Shown here: positions 26,193-39,029 of the stretch, piece after piece
Position numbering within the stretch: position 1 is the first letter of the stretch
How the letters are laid out: each line of letters opens with the position of its first letter
From: Octopus bimaculoides
Taxonomy: Eukaryota
Direction: 5' to 3'
Length of the DNA stretch: 56,338 nucleotides
NCBI RefSeq assembly: GCF_001194135.2
Contig: NC_069005.1
Location: forward strand, 12,864,511 to 12,920,848
Translations under genes and position numbers: made by a program
The notes under the pieces: model-generated
What the model was told of the DNA's origin: nothing
The model's input: only the letters and a program-made list of their open reading frames with translations
The model's database searches: none

Positions 26193-26592
26193 TACTCTTT
26201 TACTCTTTTACCTGTTTCAGTCATTTGACTGCGGCCATGCTGGAGCACCGCCTTTAGTCGAGCAAATCGACCCCAGGACTTATTCTTTGGAAGCCTAGTA
26301 CTTATTCTATCGGTTTCTTTGGCCGAACCGCTAAGTTACGGGGACGTAAACACACCAGCATCGGTTGTCAAGCGATGTTGGGGAGACAAACCCAGACACA
26401 CAAACATATACACACACATACATATAAACGACAGGCTTCTTTCAGTTTCCGTCTACCAAATCCACTCACAAGGCTTTGGTCGGCCCGAGGCTATAGTAGA
26501 AGACACTTGCCCAAGGTGCCATGTAGTGGGACTGAACCCGGAACCATGTGGTTGTTAAGCAAGCTAATTACCACACAGCCAATCCTGCGCCT
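26193..26592 (-). mobile_element. SINE family A (near consensus)
   Basis: Full-length reverse-complement copy. Confidence 0.9.
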
Positions 26593-26634
26593 ATATATGG
26601 TGGGGTTTTTTTTTTATCAAAGGAAGTTGCCGTA

Positions 26635-26670
<36 letters not shown>

Positions 26671-26788
26671 GTAGATAGATAGATAGATAGATAGATAGAC
26701 AGACAGACGGACGGACGGACGGACGGACAGACAGACGGACAGACGGACGGACGGATGGACAGGCAGACAGACAGACAAACAGAGAGAC

Positions 26789-26850
<62 letters not shown>
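26635..26850. repeat. Compound (TAGA)n/(GACG)n/(GACA)n microsatellite
   Basis: Direct reading. Confidence 0.95.
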
Positions 26851-26852
<2 letters not shown>

Positions 26853-26907
26853 TATATATATATATATGTACGACGGACTTCTAAGTTTCCGATTACAAAA
26901 TCCACTT

Positions 26908-27125
26908 ATATGTGTGTATGTGTTTGTCCCCAACTACCGTTTGACAACCGATGTTGGTACGTTTAAGTCTTCGTAACTTAGTGGTTCTGCAAAAAATACC
27001 GATAGAACCAGGCTTTAAGAAAAAGTAAGTACTAGGGTCGATTCATTCGACTAAAAAGTCTTCAAGGCAGGGCCCCAGCATGGCCGCAGTCTAATGACTG
27101 ATACGAGTAAACGATAAAGGATAAA
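26908..27125 (+). mobile_element. SINE family A, 3' half
   Basis: gtgtttgtcccc..tttgacaaccgatgttgg..ggccccagcatggccgcagtctaatgactga. Confidence 0.8.
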
Positions 27126-27449
27126 CATAGTCAACAAGTAGTACGTTACCTTATGTCTACTGCTTTCTAATGAGACGGGGGAAACGGGATAGTGTTTCAG
27201 AAGAGTTTCCAGCGCCAATCAAGGAGTTCCGCTTCTATTCGTTCCTACAGGGTAAAGGATAAAGACCCCTTTCGGTCATGAGTAACCATGAGATTGCACC
27301 TAGAAAGTTTCCCTCCGGGGTAAATGTCCAGGCAAAGTTGTTTTATGGAAGACCAGCCCGACACTCTGACCACTGAGCCATGAACCTACATTCTTAATGT
27401 TGAAGCTTTCTGTTTCTAATCCTGAGATCGTGGATGCTCCATCGGTTAC

Positions 27450-27865
27450 TCTTTTACTCTTTTACTTGTTTCAGTCATTTGACAGCGGCCATGCTGGAGC
27501 ACCGCCTTTAGTCGAGCAAATCGACCGCGGGACTTATTCTTTGTAAGCCTAGTACTTATTCTATCGGTCTCTTTTTGCCGAACGGCTAGGTTACGGGGAC
27601 GTAAACACACCAGCACCGGTTGTCAAGCGATGGTGGGGGGGACAAACACAGATACACAAATACACATACATATATACATATATACATATATATACATATA
27701 TACGACGGGCTTCTTTCAGTTTCCGTCTACCAAATCCACTCACAAGGCTTTGGTCGGCCCGAGGCTATAGTAGAAGACACTTGCCCAAGGTGCCACGCAG
27801 TGGGATTGAACCCGGAACCATGTGGTTGGTAAGCAAGCTACTTACCACACAGCCACTCCTACGCT
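27450..27865 (-). mobile_element. SINE family A (near consensus)
   Basis: Full-length reverse-complement copy. Confidence 0.9.
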
Positions 27866-28385
27866 TATTTACTTTAAGGACGAAACTTAATGCAGAACAT
27901 CGAGGGCCAATGCCGAACACACTAAACCATTTAGTTCAGAAATCCTGCAATTTCTTCTGACTAGCAGTCCCGGAAGGGTTAAAATTTTAATTGTTTTTGA
28001 CATTGGCAATTTATCAAAAGCAAAAGGGAGCTACAGTAATAAGGTTTCTTACGTTGATTGGGTATTCATTAGTTGTTTATTCCAATTCGCTGGGCTTCAC
28101 TCAAATAAAGGACATACAATCTTAATAGCGCCTAAATTCATTCTACCTCGTGTAACAGAGTTTGTTCTATTTTGATATATATTTTCTTTTTCAATCCGGT
28201 AAAGCGTAGAAGTAGAAACACGACAAACTAACATATCTCAGAATTTCAAATATGGCACAATGCCGATGCCTCGGTGTATTATCCAAGAACGCATGTATGT
28301 TACATATGTATATGTGTGTGTGTGTGTGTATTATGCATATATGTATATGCATATATGTATTATGTATATGTGTGTGTGGGCGTAA

Positions 28386-28455
<70 letters not shown>

Positions 28456-29039
28456 ATATGTTTGTGTGTGTACATATGGATAAATAAATAGCTATATGAA
28501 TATAGATATGTATGTGTGTATGTATATATAGATATATATGCACACACATATATGTGTACATATATTTATAAGTATGTACGCGTACAGAAATACATACATA
28601 TGTGTATATATGTGTGTGTGTTTATATGTGTCTGTGTGACTGCGTATGTATGTACAAGTATATGTCTATCTACATGTATACGTATATACTCATGTATATA
28701 TATTTGCACATGTACATGTATACGTAGATGTATCTACCCCTGTCTGTGCAAGTGTGCTTGCGTGTGATCAAGTAATTGCACTGCAATCCTCTATCAAAAC
28801 ACATTTCCTTACATTTTGGCACAGAAGTCTATATGCACCACTCATTAAACCCATCCATTGTTGCCTATCCATGCATTTCAGTAGCTAATAATATCATGTG
28901 CGTTTCATCGTGTTTCTATGCAATATCATTCTAATAACCCTCACAAACATACACGCACGCACACATTTACATACGAACGCACAAACACACACACATATAC
29001 ATATACGCACGCGTATGTGCGCGCGTCCGTGTATTCGTG

Positions 29040-29327
29040 AGAAGGCATGGCTTTTTGGTAAGAAGCTTACTTCCCAACCATATGGTTCTACGTGACACTC
29101 CGGACAAGAATCTTCCACCATAACTTCGGGTCGACCAAAGTCTTGTAAGTGGATTTGGTAAACGGAAACTGAGTGAGCCAAAAAAATGTATATAGACTTC
29201 GGGAAAGGAAAAATCTCTATGAATATTTTAATTCAGTATTATTGCAATTTGATGAAACATCGAAAGAGGTATTTTTTATACAGTGTTTTCCTTTCCTGTA
29301 GTGTGTATACATTTTTTAGCGTATTCA

Positions 29328-29358
<31 letters not shown>

Positions 29359-29570
29359 TCTTTGTGTCTGTTTGTTTCCTACCACTACCTGCCAACTGGT
29401 GTTAATGTGTTTACGTCCCCGTAACTTAGTGATTCGGCAAAAAAGATCGATAAAATAAGTAGTAGGCTTTAATAAAAATAAATCCGAGGGTAGATTTGTT
29501 CGACTAGAACCCTTGAAGGCGGTGCCCCAGCATGGCCGCAGTCAATTGACTGAAATATGTAAAAAATAAA
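29040..29570 (+). mobile_element. SINE family A, split copy
   Basis: Head 29040-29175, tail 29360-29570. Confidence 0.7.
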
Positions 29571-29587
29571 AACTAATAAATTGTCAT

Positions 29588-29760
29588 GGCGCGCGGGTAA
29601 GGGATTAGCGTGCTGCACTCGCGATCTCGAGATTGTGATTTCGATTTCTGGACCGGGCATTCCGTTGTGTTCTTGACCAAATCACTTCATTTCACGTTGT
29701 CCCAGTCCGTTCAGCTGTAAATAAGTACCCTACTGACGGACTGGCGTAACGTTCCATGAA
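29588..29760 (+). mobile_element. tRNA-headed SINE (head type 2, short tail)
   Basis: A/B-box-like head, gttgtgttcttgaccaaatcacttcatttcacgttg body, gacggactggcgt tail. Confidence 0.55.
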
Positions 29761-29844
29761 TAATGTCGTGATTCCGGTAGCTTATAGGCCATGGAAAACG
29801 GGTAACCAGTCTTATGAAAACTAGAACTCAAGACAGTTATGCTT

Positions 29845-29903
29845 CTTCTTGTTGTTATTGTTGTTGTTGTTGTTTTTGTTGTTGTTGTTGTTGTTGTTGT
29901 TGT

Positions 29904-29949
<46 letters not shown>

Positions 29950-30107
29950 AATGATGATGATGGTAGTGGTGGTGGTGGTGTCGTNNNNNNNNNNNNNNNN
30001 NNNNNNNNNNNNNNNNNNNNNNNNNNNNNNNNNNNNNNNNNNNCGTTGTCGTCGTTGTCGTTGTCGTCGTTGTCGTTGTCGTCGTTGTCGTTGTCGTCGT
30101 TGTCGTT

Positions 30108-30138
<31 letters not shown>

Positions 30139-30150
30139 GTGGTGGTGGTG
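29845..30150. repeat. Compound trinucleotide microsatellite (TTG/ATG/GTG/GTC/GCG) with gap
   Basis: Direct reading. Confidence 0.95.
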
Positions 30151-30367
30151 TTTGTGTACATTTACAGACATACACATGTGCGCGCACAAACATACACACA
30201 GGTACACAAGCGTATATATGCATGTTTGCAATATATGCAGCTATGATACAAATCACCAGATATATAATATTCTCTATTCATAACAAGTGGTATTCTGATA
30301 CTAAATTTGTTTATATATTTTACTTATATAGGTATTAACTTGTTAGCTAGTTTATTATTATCGAGTG

Positions 30368-30920
30368 ACAGAGAAGTGCATGCCATCAAAGTGACGCTAG
30401 GGTAAAATATACAAAGCCCTGTATACCCATCATGACTGCGCATCTGATAAGGGTACGCCAGGCACATGCATCACAACCCTTTGTGCGCGACATAGTGGTC
30501 TCATATCAAGATAAACAGCGCATGACCTCGCAGGTGGGGCCCTGTTAGAATTTTCTTCAGGTCGAGTACCCATCCCGCTCAAGATGTCCCTAAATAAGGG
30601 TTGTTTAAGGATGTTGAGCAAAACACCCATATTTCCAAAGGTGAATTATCCAAACCCCAGAGAATTCTTCTCAACACATGGCTATGATGCTCCCCTCCCC
30701 CACTACTTCTACTTGTGATCAGAGATGCACATAACATCATCCACTAAAGGACATGCTCAAATGGTTAAGGTCAAACAATTGACAAGCAAATCTGTGGTAT
30801 TGAGCAGAATATTTGCTGTAGCCCATCTTTCATATCAAGACAAAACAATGTACATGATAACGCTTCCAATCAGTTAAGATGAGAAGCCATGAGAGCCAGT
30901 GCCTGGTATTGCATCAGGGC

Positions 30921-30921
<1 letters not shown>
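30368..30921 (+). mobile_element. Dispersed repeat family D (about 550 bp, non-coding)
   Basis: Homologous to 31195-31580 (-) and 41968-42480 (+); followed by (ATT)n. Confidence 0.8.
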
Positions 30922-30997
<76 letters not shown>

Positions 30998-31194
30998 GTA
31001 ATGATACCTTATTTAACTGTGTGGGGAAAGAGGACTTTTTGGATGCGAACACAGCATTAGAGCAGAAGAAAACAACATAGCATGGTAAGTAAAAAATGTC
31101 ACAGAACCGCTAATATTAGAAGTAGGAAGGTCAGGCTTGTGTAGGATGAAAGATTGCAAAGATAAAGCACTATACAAGAAATAGAAAACGAATG

Positions 31195-31580
31195 AAACTG
31201 CTCATTACCACAGATTTGCTTGTCAGTTGCTTGACCATAACCAGTTGTGGAAGAGCGTCATAGACATGTATTGAGAGGAATTCTTTAAGGTTAGAATAAT
31301 TTACTTCTGACAACATGGATACTTTCGTTCAACATCCTTAAACAACCGTTATTCAGTGACCTTTTGAGCGGGATGGGCTACTCAACCTGAAGAAAATTCT
31401 AACTGGGCCCCACCTGCACGTCATGCACTGTTTATTGTGATATAAGGTGAACATGTGGCGTATATATGGTTGTGGTGCATGTGCCTGGCGTAGCCTTATC
31501 GGAAGAGTAGTCACGATGGGTATACTGGGCTTCGTATATTTTACCCCAGTGTCACTTTGTTGGCATGCGCTGCTCTCTCA
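31195..31580 (-). mobile_element. Dispersed repeat family D
   Basis: Reverse complement of 30368-30800 with deletions. Confidence 0.8.
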
Positions 31581-31596
31581 CCCAGTAATAATGATA

Positions 31597-31779
31597 TTAC
31601 TTTCCGCTATAGGCACAGGGCCTGAAATTTGGGTGAGGAGAAAAGTCGAGTATATCACCCCCAGTACTTGACATGTGCTTAATTTATCGACGCCGAAAGG
31701 ATGAAGGGCAAAGTCGAACTCGGCGGAATTTGATCTCAGAACGTAACGACGGGCGAAATACCGCTAAGCATTTCGTCCA
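31597..31779 (-). mobile_element. SINE family B
   Basis: Reverse complement of the family B consensus. Confidence 0.8.
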
Positions 31780-31798
31780 CATAACGCAATAACAACAG

Positions 31799-31833
<35 letters not shown>

Positions 31834-31995
31834 GCAGGATATCCGGCGTTGTTCTGAAAATAAAGGTCTCAATTCATTGCGAATGTTAAAAATGAAAATC
31901 ACAGTAAATCTATTCATCCAAGCATAACGTTTTATGCAAGCATTCTCTCTGACTGAAATTCCGATTCAAAAAGCTATAATTTTCAGCAAGTACTT

Positions 31996-32058
31996 CATAA
32001 CCATAGGTTTCATAACCATAGGTTTCGTAACCATAGGTTTCATAACCATAGGTTTCAT
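31996..32058. repeat. 15-bp tandem repeat x4
   Basis: (cataaccataggttt) x4 with one a>g change. Confidence 0.95.
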
Positions 32059-32116
32059 GAACGACGTTATTAGCCTTCTATGCCTTGAACATTCCGATTA
32101 AATCTTCTACTATCAC

Positions 32117-32515
32117 ATGGTTCGGGTTCAATCCCACTGTGTGGCACCTTGGGCGAGTGCCTTTTACTATAGCTTTGAACTGACCAAAACTTTGAGTCGA
32201 TTTGGTAGGCGGAAACTAAAAGAAATCCATCGTATATACATATATATATATATGTATATGTGTGTGTGTCTGTCTGTCTGTTTGTCTGTCTGTCAGTCTG
32301 TCTGTCTGTGTTTTCCCCCACCACCACTTGACCATCGGCGTTGGTGTGTTTGCGTCCCCGCAACTTATAGGTTCGGCAAAATAGATCGATAGAATAAGTA
32401 CCAGGCTTAAACAAAGAAGACATATGGTCGATCTACTCGACTAGAAATTCAAGGTGGAGCTCCAGCATGGCCACAGTCTAATGGTTGGAACAAGTGAAAG
32501 ATAGAAGATAAAAGA
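32117..32515 (+). mobile_element. SINE family A
   Basis: Head, (TA)/(GTCT) microsatellite, tail. Confidence 0.85.
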
Positions 32516-33160
32516 TATTGTAAATGTTTGCATAAATATATATGTGTGTGTGAGTGTACATGATACTGACACTAATAATTTACCTGTCACTAGATTAATA
32601 TAGTAATGAAGCGACCGAATGACCGATTGACAGTTAAAAAATAAACAGTTATTTGGAAGTTATGACAGCGAAAATATTACAATCTAAATTATACTCTAAG
32701 TATCAAATAAAAGCCGAAAACATTGCAATAAAAAAGAAGTTTCACTAATGCTTGTCAAATGTTTTGACGTGGCAAAACGGAATAGTGACAAATAAAAAGA
32801 AATTAAACAAGTATTTTGAAATAATTGAATGTAAGTTTTAGATATTTTATAAAGAATATAAGCTTCAGATTAAGCAGTAAAACCACTGAATATGAAGAAA
32901 TTGTAGCTGCTACAAATAATAATACATACGGCTGACATTAACAAGCTACTTTAAATTCCGAGAGTGTAAACAGCCTTAACACCGGTTATCAGTGCAACAA
33001 ACGCTTGACTTTAGAAGGTGAAAAGAAAATAACAAAAAATATGGTTGTTTTATTCTGTAATTTAGTTCAAACAAATAGTGCGTGTATAGATTGGAATAAA
33101 TGTGTTTAGAGATGAAAATATAGAAATGTTCAATAAGACATTGTGAAGAAGAAGAATTGT

Positions 33161-33440
33161 GAAGGTTCGCGGCTTAGAGATTAGGGTGTTCGGCTCACGG
33201 TCGTGAGTTCGAATTCCTGCTGTGCGTTGTGTCTGTCCTTGAGCAAGACACTTTATTTCACGTTGCTTCAGTTCACTCAGCTTACAAAAATGTGTTGTTA
33301 CCTGTATTTCAAAGGGCCGGCCTTGTCACATTCAGTGTCCTTGAGAACTACGTTAGGAGTACCCGTGTCTGTGAAGTGCTCAGTCACTCGCACGTTGATT
33401 TCCCGAGCAGGCTGTTCTGTTGATTGGATCAACTGGAGCC
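33161..33440 (+). mobile_element. tRNA-headed SINE (head type 2, tail type 1)
   Basis: ggcttagagattagggtgttcggctcac..gttcgaattcc head; tail shared with 44340-44526. Confidence 0.75.
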
Positions 33441-33458
33441 AATTAGAAATAACAATAA

Positions 33459-33650
33459 TTCTTTCTAATTTTTGACACAAAGCTAGCAATTTTGAGGGGA
33501 TGGGAATGTCGATTCCACCGTCTCTAATATTCAAATGGTAGTTATTTTATCGACCCCCAGAAGTATGAAAGGCAAGGCTAACCTCCGTGGAATTTGTGTT
33601 TGACTTCAGTAAAGATCCGGCAAAATGCGCTAACAATTATGCTTGCTCGT
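33459..33650 (-). mobile_element. SINE family B (diverged)
   Basis: Reverse complement of the family B consensus. Confidence 0.7.
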
Positions 33651-34020
33651 GGCTGTGTGGTAAGAAGCTCACTTCCCAACCACATTTTTCCGGGTTCAGT
33701 CCCACTGCATAGCACCTTCCACGAGTGTCTACTATAGCTTCGGGATGATCAAAGCCTTGTGAGTGGATTTGGCAGACGGAAACTAAATGAAGCCCGTCAT
33801 ATATGTGTGTGTGTCTTTATGAGTGTCCCCTTTCACCACTTGGCAACCGGTGCTGGTGTGTTTACGTCTCCGTAACTTAGCGGTTCAGCAAAAACAAAAA
33901 CAGATAGAATAAGCAGCAGGATTAAAAATAAAGTGAGTGTTGGGGTCGATTTGTTCGATTAAAACCCTTCAAGGCGTGCCCCAGCATGGCCGCAACCAAA
34001 TGACTGAAACAAGTAAGATA
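33648..34020 (+). mobile_element. SINE family A
   Basis: Full-length copy. Confidence 0.85.
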
Positions 34021-34079
34021 ATATAATATATTGATATATATTTATTGACTGATTAATTGATTGATTTAAATACTTTTCC

Positions 34080-34310
34080 AAATTTGTGGACTTAAAGGAT
34101 AAGAACACTAAAAACGATATTAAGTGGGCAATTATTTGTAGCACTTCACCATATACTATTATGAACTCGAAATGCAGTCTATGTTTGTCACAAATATTTC
34201 ATATCTTTATCTCTAATTATAGATTATCGAATCACGGAAACAAATTAGCTCTAAAATGCGCAGATTCATTTTTAAAAGTATTTGATCACTTTCCAGATAA
34301 GAATTTTTAA
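34080..34310 (+). mobile_element. Penelope-like ORF C-terminal fragment
   Basis: DLKDKNTKNDIKWAIICSTSPYTIMNSKCSLCLSQIFHI resembles the IKWSI..A.PY....CNLCL.E motif that follows the GIY-YIG domain in PLEs. Confidence 0.65.
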
Positions 34311-34868
34311 TTGAATATCACGTAGATGGGAGTCCACATAAGTTAAACTCGTCAAATAATCACAAATTTACTTTGGTTAGATATTAACATTCTCAAAATA
34401 AATCTCAAAGTTATACGTTGTTTTAGTGTATTGAGACTAAATGATAAGAATTCCAGTTTACTTTTCTCATCTCAATCAATACTAAACTTCTAATATTTAA
34501 ATAAAAATGAAACTTTATTGCTATGGACTGTCCTGAATACCCAGATCGAATCGATATTTATCTCCTCTTTCCTTCCTTTTTCTTTCGACACCTTTTCAAT
34601 CTACCCACTGATAGGGTATTATATTATTCTTATTATGAGTCGAATACTTCCTGACCTAATTATGCGGTTTTTCTAATACTAAGTATATAAAATAGTCATT
34701 CCCTAATATTCTAAAAGGGCCACTATAAGTTTAAATGATACCAGAACTATGGTCATATTATATTTCAAAGCCATCTCTTTTGTCATGTACTCTAATGTTT
34801 TATGATCCCTCACCTAGAATATACTTTCAGAAGGACTATCTTACACTTGAATCTTCAGTTCGCTTCAC

Positions 34869-34932
34869 CCATCCGCACGGATAAAACCTTCGACAAAGCT
34901 GCATAGGAATGTCTCCCTTGGATGAATATGTA
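34869..34932 (-). CDS. Candidate exon (HIHPRETFLCSFVEGFIRADG)
   Basis: Acceptor gattcactcacag, donor GG|gtgaag; frame chosen for phase compatibility. Confidence 0.2.
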
Positions 34933-35094
34933 CTGTGAGTGAATCAACTAAGGGCACACAAAAGCTATATCAAATGACATTAGGACACTTATGGAGCAGA
35001 AACATTTGTCGGATTGGAATTTAATGAGAATAATACTATAATAGACAAATTTTGAAGATGTATGATACTCCGTTCTTCTTTATAATGTATTGAG

Positions 35095-35128
<34 letters not shown>

Positions 35129-35148
35129 TATATTCATATATTTATATT

Positions 35149-35229
<81 letters not shown>

Positions 35230-36200
35230 ATATTCGTAGATATTTAAACTGAACACATCTAGTGAATATATACAGTTTTTGATGTGTAAATCACATACAC
35301 ACACACAATTGTATATCATTTGTGTGTGTGCGTGTATACACAAATATTTACAAGTATACATGCATGCATACGTACGTACCTGCATATACACCTTCGTGTT
35401 GCTCATATATATGCGAGGCTGTGTGTTTTGCGTGCGCGCACGCGTAAGTTTGTGAATGGCTGGCAATTTACCTGAGATCTGAATGAATGAATGAATGAAT
35501 AAATTTGTGTGGCTAGAACGATACTGGAAAATGTTGGCAAAGTAAATCTATTAATCTCTGGACATCAATCAATAAATAGATTGATTGAGACAGACGATAA
35601 GAGAGAAAGAGAGAGAGGAAGGCATAAGCAGGCCAGATAGAAAGATGTAAGAAGGGAACATTAATGTAGCAAGAGAGAGAGAGAGACAGAGAGAGAGAGA
35701 GTCGTTGTGGTGAGAGGGAAAGGGATAAATAGTGAGTCTGGAGGCAATTGTGCTTGTGTACGTTACAAAACAGAGCTAGTAGATGTGTGTGTGTATGTGT
35801 GTATGTGTGTGTGTATGTGTGTGTGTGTGCGTGCGTGCGCGCGATAGAAGGAGAGGTAGAGTGATAGAAAGAACGGTCGTGTAAGAGAGGGTCGTTACGA
35901 GACGTATTTGTGCGTGAAAGGGATTGAAGGAGAAATAAGAAGAAAGAAATGAGTAGCAAAAGTTGTGTGTATGTGTGTATGTATGTGAGTGAGTGAGTGA
36001 GTGAGTGCTTGCATGTATTTGCATTGAAAGGGTGCGTGGTGGTGAGTGAAATATGTTATGTGTGTGTGTTAGAGGGAAAGAGAGAGAAAGAGAGAACACT
36101 AGTGCCTTCTACGATATCCCCGACCAACCAAAGTAGAGAAACTTGTAAGTAAATTCAAATATGTGTATGTGTGCGTGTGTGTGTATGTGTGCGAGTACGC

Positions 36201-36238
<38 letters not shown>

Positions 36239-37134
36239 NNNNNNNNNNNNNNNNNNNNNNNNNNNNNNNNNNNNNNNNNNNNNNNNNNNNNNNNNNNNNN
36301 NNNNNNNNNNNNNNNNNNNNNNNNNNNNNNNNNNNNNNNNNNNNNNNNNNNNNNNNNNNNNNNNNNNNNNNNNNNNNNNNNNNNNNNNNNNNNNNNNNNN
36401 NNNNNNNNNNNNNNNNNNNNNNNNNNNNNNNNNNNNNNNNNNNNNNNNNNNNNNNNNNNNNNNNNNNNNNNNNNNNNNNNNNNNNNNNNNNNNNNNNNNN
36501 NNNNNNNNNNNNNNNNNNNNNNNNNNNNNNNNNNNNNNNNNNNNNNNNNNNNNNNNNNNNNNNNNNNNNNNNNNNNNNNNNNNNNNNNNNNNNNNNNNNN
36601 NNNNNNNNNNNNNNNNNNNNNNNNNNNNNNNNNNNNNNNNNNNNNNNNNNNNNNNNNNNNNNNNNNNNNNNNNNNNNNNNNNNNNNNNNNNNNNNNNNNN
36701 NNNNNNNNNNNNNNNNNNNNNNNNNNNNNNNNNNNNNNNNNNNNNNNNNNNNNNNNNNNNNNNNNNNNNNNNNNNNNNNNNNNNNNNNNNNNNNNNNNNN
36801 NNNNNNNNNNNNNNNNNNNNNNNNNNNNNNNNNNNNNNNNNNNNNNNNNNNNNNNNNNNNNNNNNNNNNNNNNNNNNNNNNNNNNNNNNNNNNNNNNNNN
36901 NNNNNNNNNNNNNNNNNNNNNNNNNNNNNNNNNNNNNNNNNNNNNNNNNNNNNNNNNNNNNNNNNNNNNNNNNNNNNNNNNNNNNNNNNNNNNNNNNNNN
37001 NNNNNNNNNNNNNNNNNNNNNNNNNNNNNNNNNNNNNNNNNNNNNNNNNNNNNNNNNNNNNNNNNNNNNNNNNNNNNNNNNNNNNNNNNNNNNNNNNNNN
37101 NNNNNNNNNNNNNNTATATATATATATATATATA

Positions 37135-37330
37135 TGGGAGAATTTACGAAAAAAACAACAGACGAAGACAGGTGGTGTAAACAACAAATGGATGTATTAG
37201 TTTAACGCTCGGGAATAGAGAAAGTTTTTGACGTTTCGAGCCTACGCTCTTCAACTGAAAGGAACACTGAAAGAAACAAGGAGAGAAACAAGGAGAAAAA
37301 GAATATAAATGTAGTGGTCAGCGATCTATC
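37135..37330 (-). mobile_element. Penelope-like terminal repeat with degenerate hammerhead-like motif
   Basis: Minus strand reads gTTGAAGAgcgtaggctcGAAACGTC (37229-37255); homologous to 1394-1500. Confidence 0.6.
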
Positions 37331-37374
37331 ATGGCGAATGCAGGACAGAAGGATCCATATATATATATGTTCTA

Positions 37375-37630
37375 ACCCAGTACAACTTGTCGCATGGTCG
37401 GATCGTCAGCGACTAAACTGGTTTGGTGAGGAGGGTGATTGTTGGACACCCTGCGGGATGAAAAATAAAACCCGTCAAAGGGCGGAAGAACTACTGTATA
37501 GTCAACGGTCAATTCAACAAATACCTTGTCGCGGTGAAGAGGTTGTGTGCTCCATTGACCCGGAGAGCTATGCTGGAGGAAGAGAAATCTTCAGGCAGGT
37601 CTTACCGGGCCAGACAGGTCGAAGGGTAGG
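37375..37630 (-). mobile_element. Probable RTE-related LINE/SINE 3' tail
   Basis: Minus strand cgacctgtctggcccggtaagacctgcc..ccagcatagctctccgggtcaatggagcacacaacc resembles RTE 3' ends (recognition only). Confidence 0.4.
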
Positions 37631-38059
37631 AGAGAGACAAAACCTTAACAACAATAAATCGAAACGTCGGCAGTAGGGCGTGGACTTAGTTATCAGTAGG
37701 ACCTAACAGATGAGATTCCTGGTTTTCAACTAGCTGGATATCATGCAGAAGATCTTGAATACAAGACAGTAGATGAGACCCTAATATTCCTAGTTAGATG
37801 GAAACTGCGGGACCATATGGAGCAGCGCCCTGTGACTCATATAGTATGCGTAAACGAAACCCATGAAAGAGGGCGTCCTATGGGACGATCTAGATGAGAG
37901 ATGAGATATATATGTATATGAACTCGACAGCGTATGTCGGAACTAACAAATTTGCATATTTGTACTTTAACAGATCATCATTAATTAAAGTCTATCGATG
38001 CACGACACCGCGTAAATTAGAATAATTGAAATAAATTTCAATATTATAAAAACCTCACT

Positions 38060-38290
38060 GAGTCTAAATTCCGCCGAGGATGACTTTGCCGTTCATCGTT
38101 TCGAGGTCGATAAAATAAGTACCGGATAAAATGCTAAGCGGTATTTCATCCGTCTTCACATTCTGGGTTCAAATTTCCCCAAAATTGACTTTGCTTTTCG
38201 GGGTCGATGAAATAAGTACCAGTTGCATACTGCGATGAGTGCAATCAACCTCCTCCTCCCTCAACTTTCAGGCCTTCTGCCCGTAGTAGA
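38060..38290 (+). mobile_element. SINE family B, rearranged partial copies
   Basis: Two overlapping family B fragments. Confidence 0.7.
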
Positions 38291-39029
38291 AAAGACTAAT
38301 TATGTAGTTGAGGGAGAAAGAAGGGGAGAGAGGGAAAGAAGCGGAGGACTTGTAATATGTATTGTCAAACTGAACGAGATTCGGGCGGATATTATGAAGG
38401 CAAAAAGAGAAATATGCGGGATACAAATGAGAGAGGATGAAAGACAAATAGGAAGGAACAGAGAAAGAGAGAGAGAGAGAGAGAGAGTGAGAGAGAGAAA
38501 GAGAGAGAGGAAGGAAGGAAGGAAGGAAGGAAGGAAGAGCGATGGAGGCATAGAAAGAAAAATGATGTTGGACAGATTTATCAGCAGACAGAATGGAAGC
38601 GTGGAGGACGAAAAATTCTTGTGTGGCAGAACATGTAAATACACAGAAAGTTATTGTCCGCATGCGTGTCCATGTGCATGTGTATGTTTATGTGTATCTG
38701 TGTGTGTGGTAGTAGTGGTGGTAGTGGTGTGTGTGTCTAGCAGATATAGAAATTGTGAATGAGGGTGAGAAGAAATCAAGAGAAAGAAATTGAAAAGGGA
38801 GAGATTGTAACAACGAAGAGAAGATGAGAAAGACGACGGCAGTTTTTTTTTTCTTGATAGAAAGAACAATATTCGCTAAGACGCTCCTGTATGTTTAAAC
38901 CTTTTGCCTCGTGCGATCTGGCCTCCACCCAAAATCTTTCCGAATTTTGCCAGATGCACAGCTAAAATTCACCGGGAAACATCTTGATAAATTATTTATT
39001 TACTTATTTATTTGCTTTTCTCTTTTCTT

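Noticed and set aside
26319-27832. Recurrent peptide LLSVSVYQIHSQGFGRPEAIVEDTCPRCHAVGLNPEPCGW seen in many ORFs
   Set aside because: Antisense translation of the SINE-A head, not a protein family.
29730-30283. Poly-D/N/T/S/H/Q ORFs resembling a low-complexity biomineral or mucin protein
   Set aside because: Open in nearly all frames on both strands because they are trinucleotide microsatellites; no unique coding flanks or splice support.
264-36099. Numerous THTH/YIYI/VCVC/RERE ORFs
   Set aside because: Translations of dinucleotide microsatellites, often fused to SINE sequence.
37314-37676. 120-aa plus-strand ORF
   Set aside because: It crosses a repeat junction and is antisense to a probable RTE-type tail; no recognisable domain.
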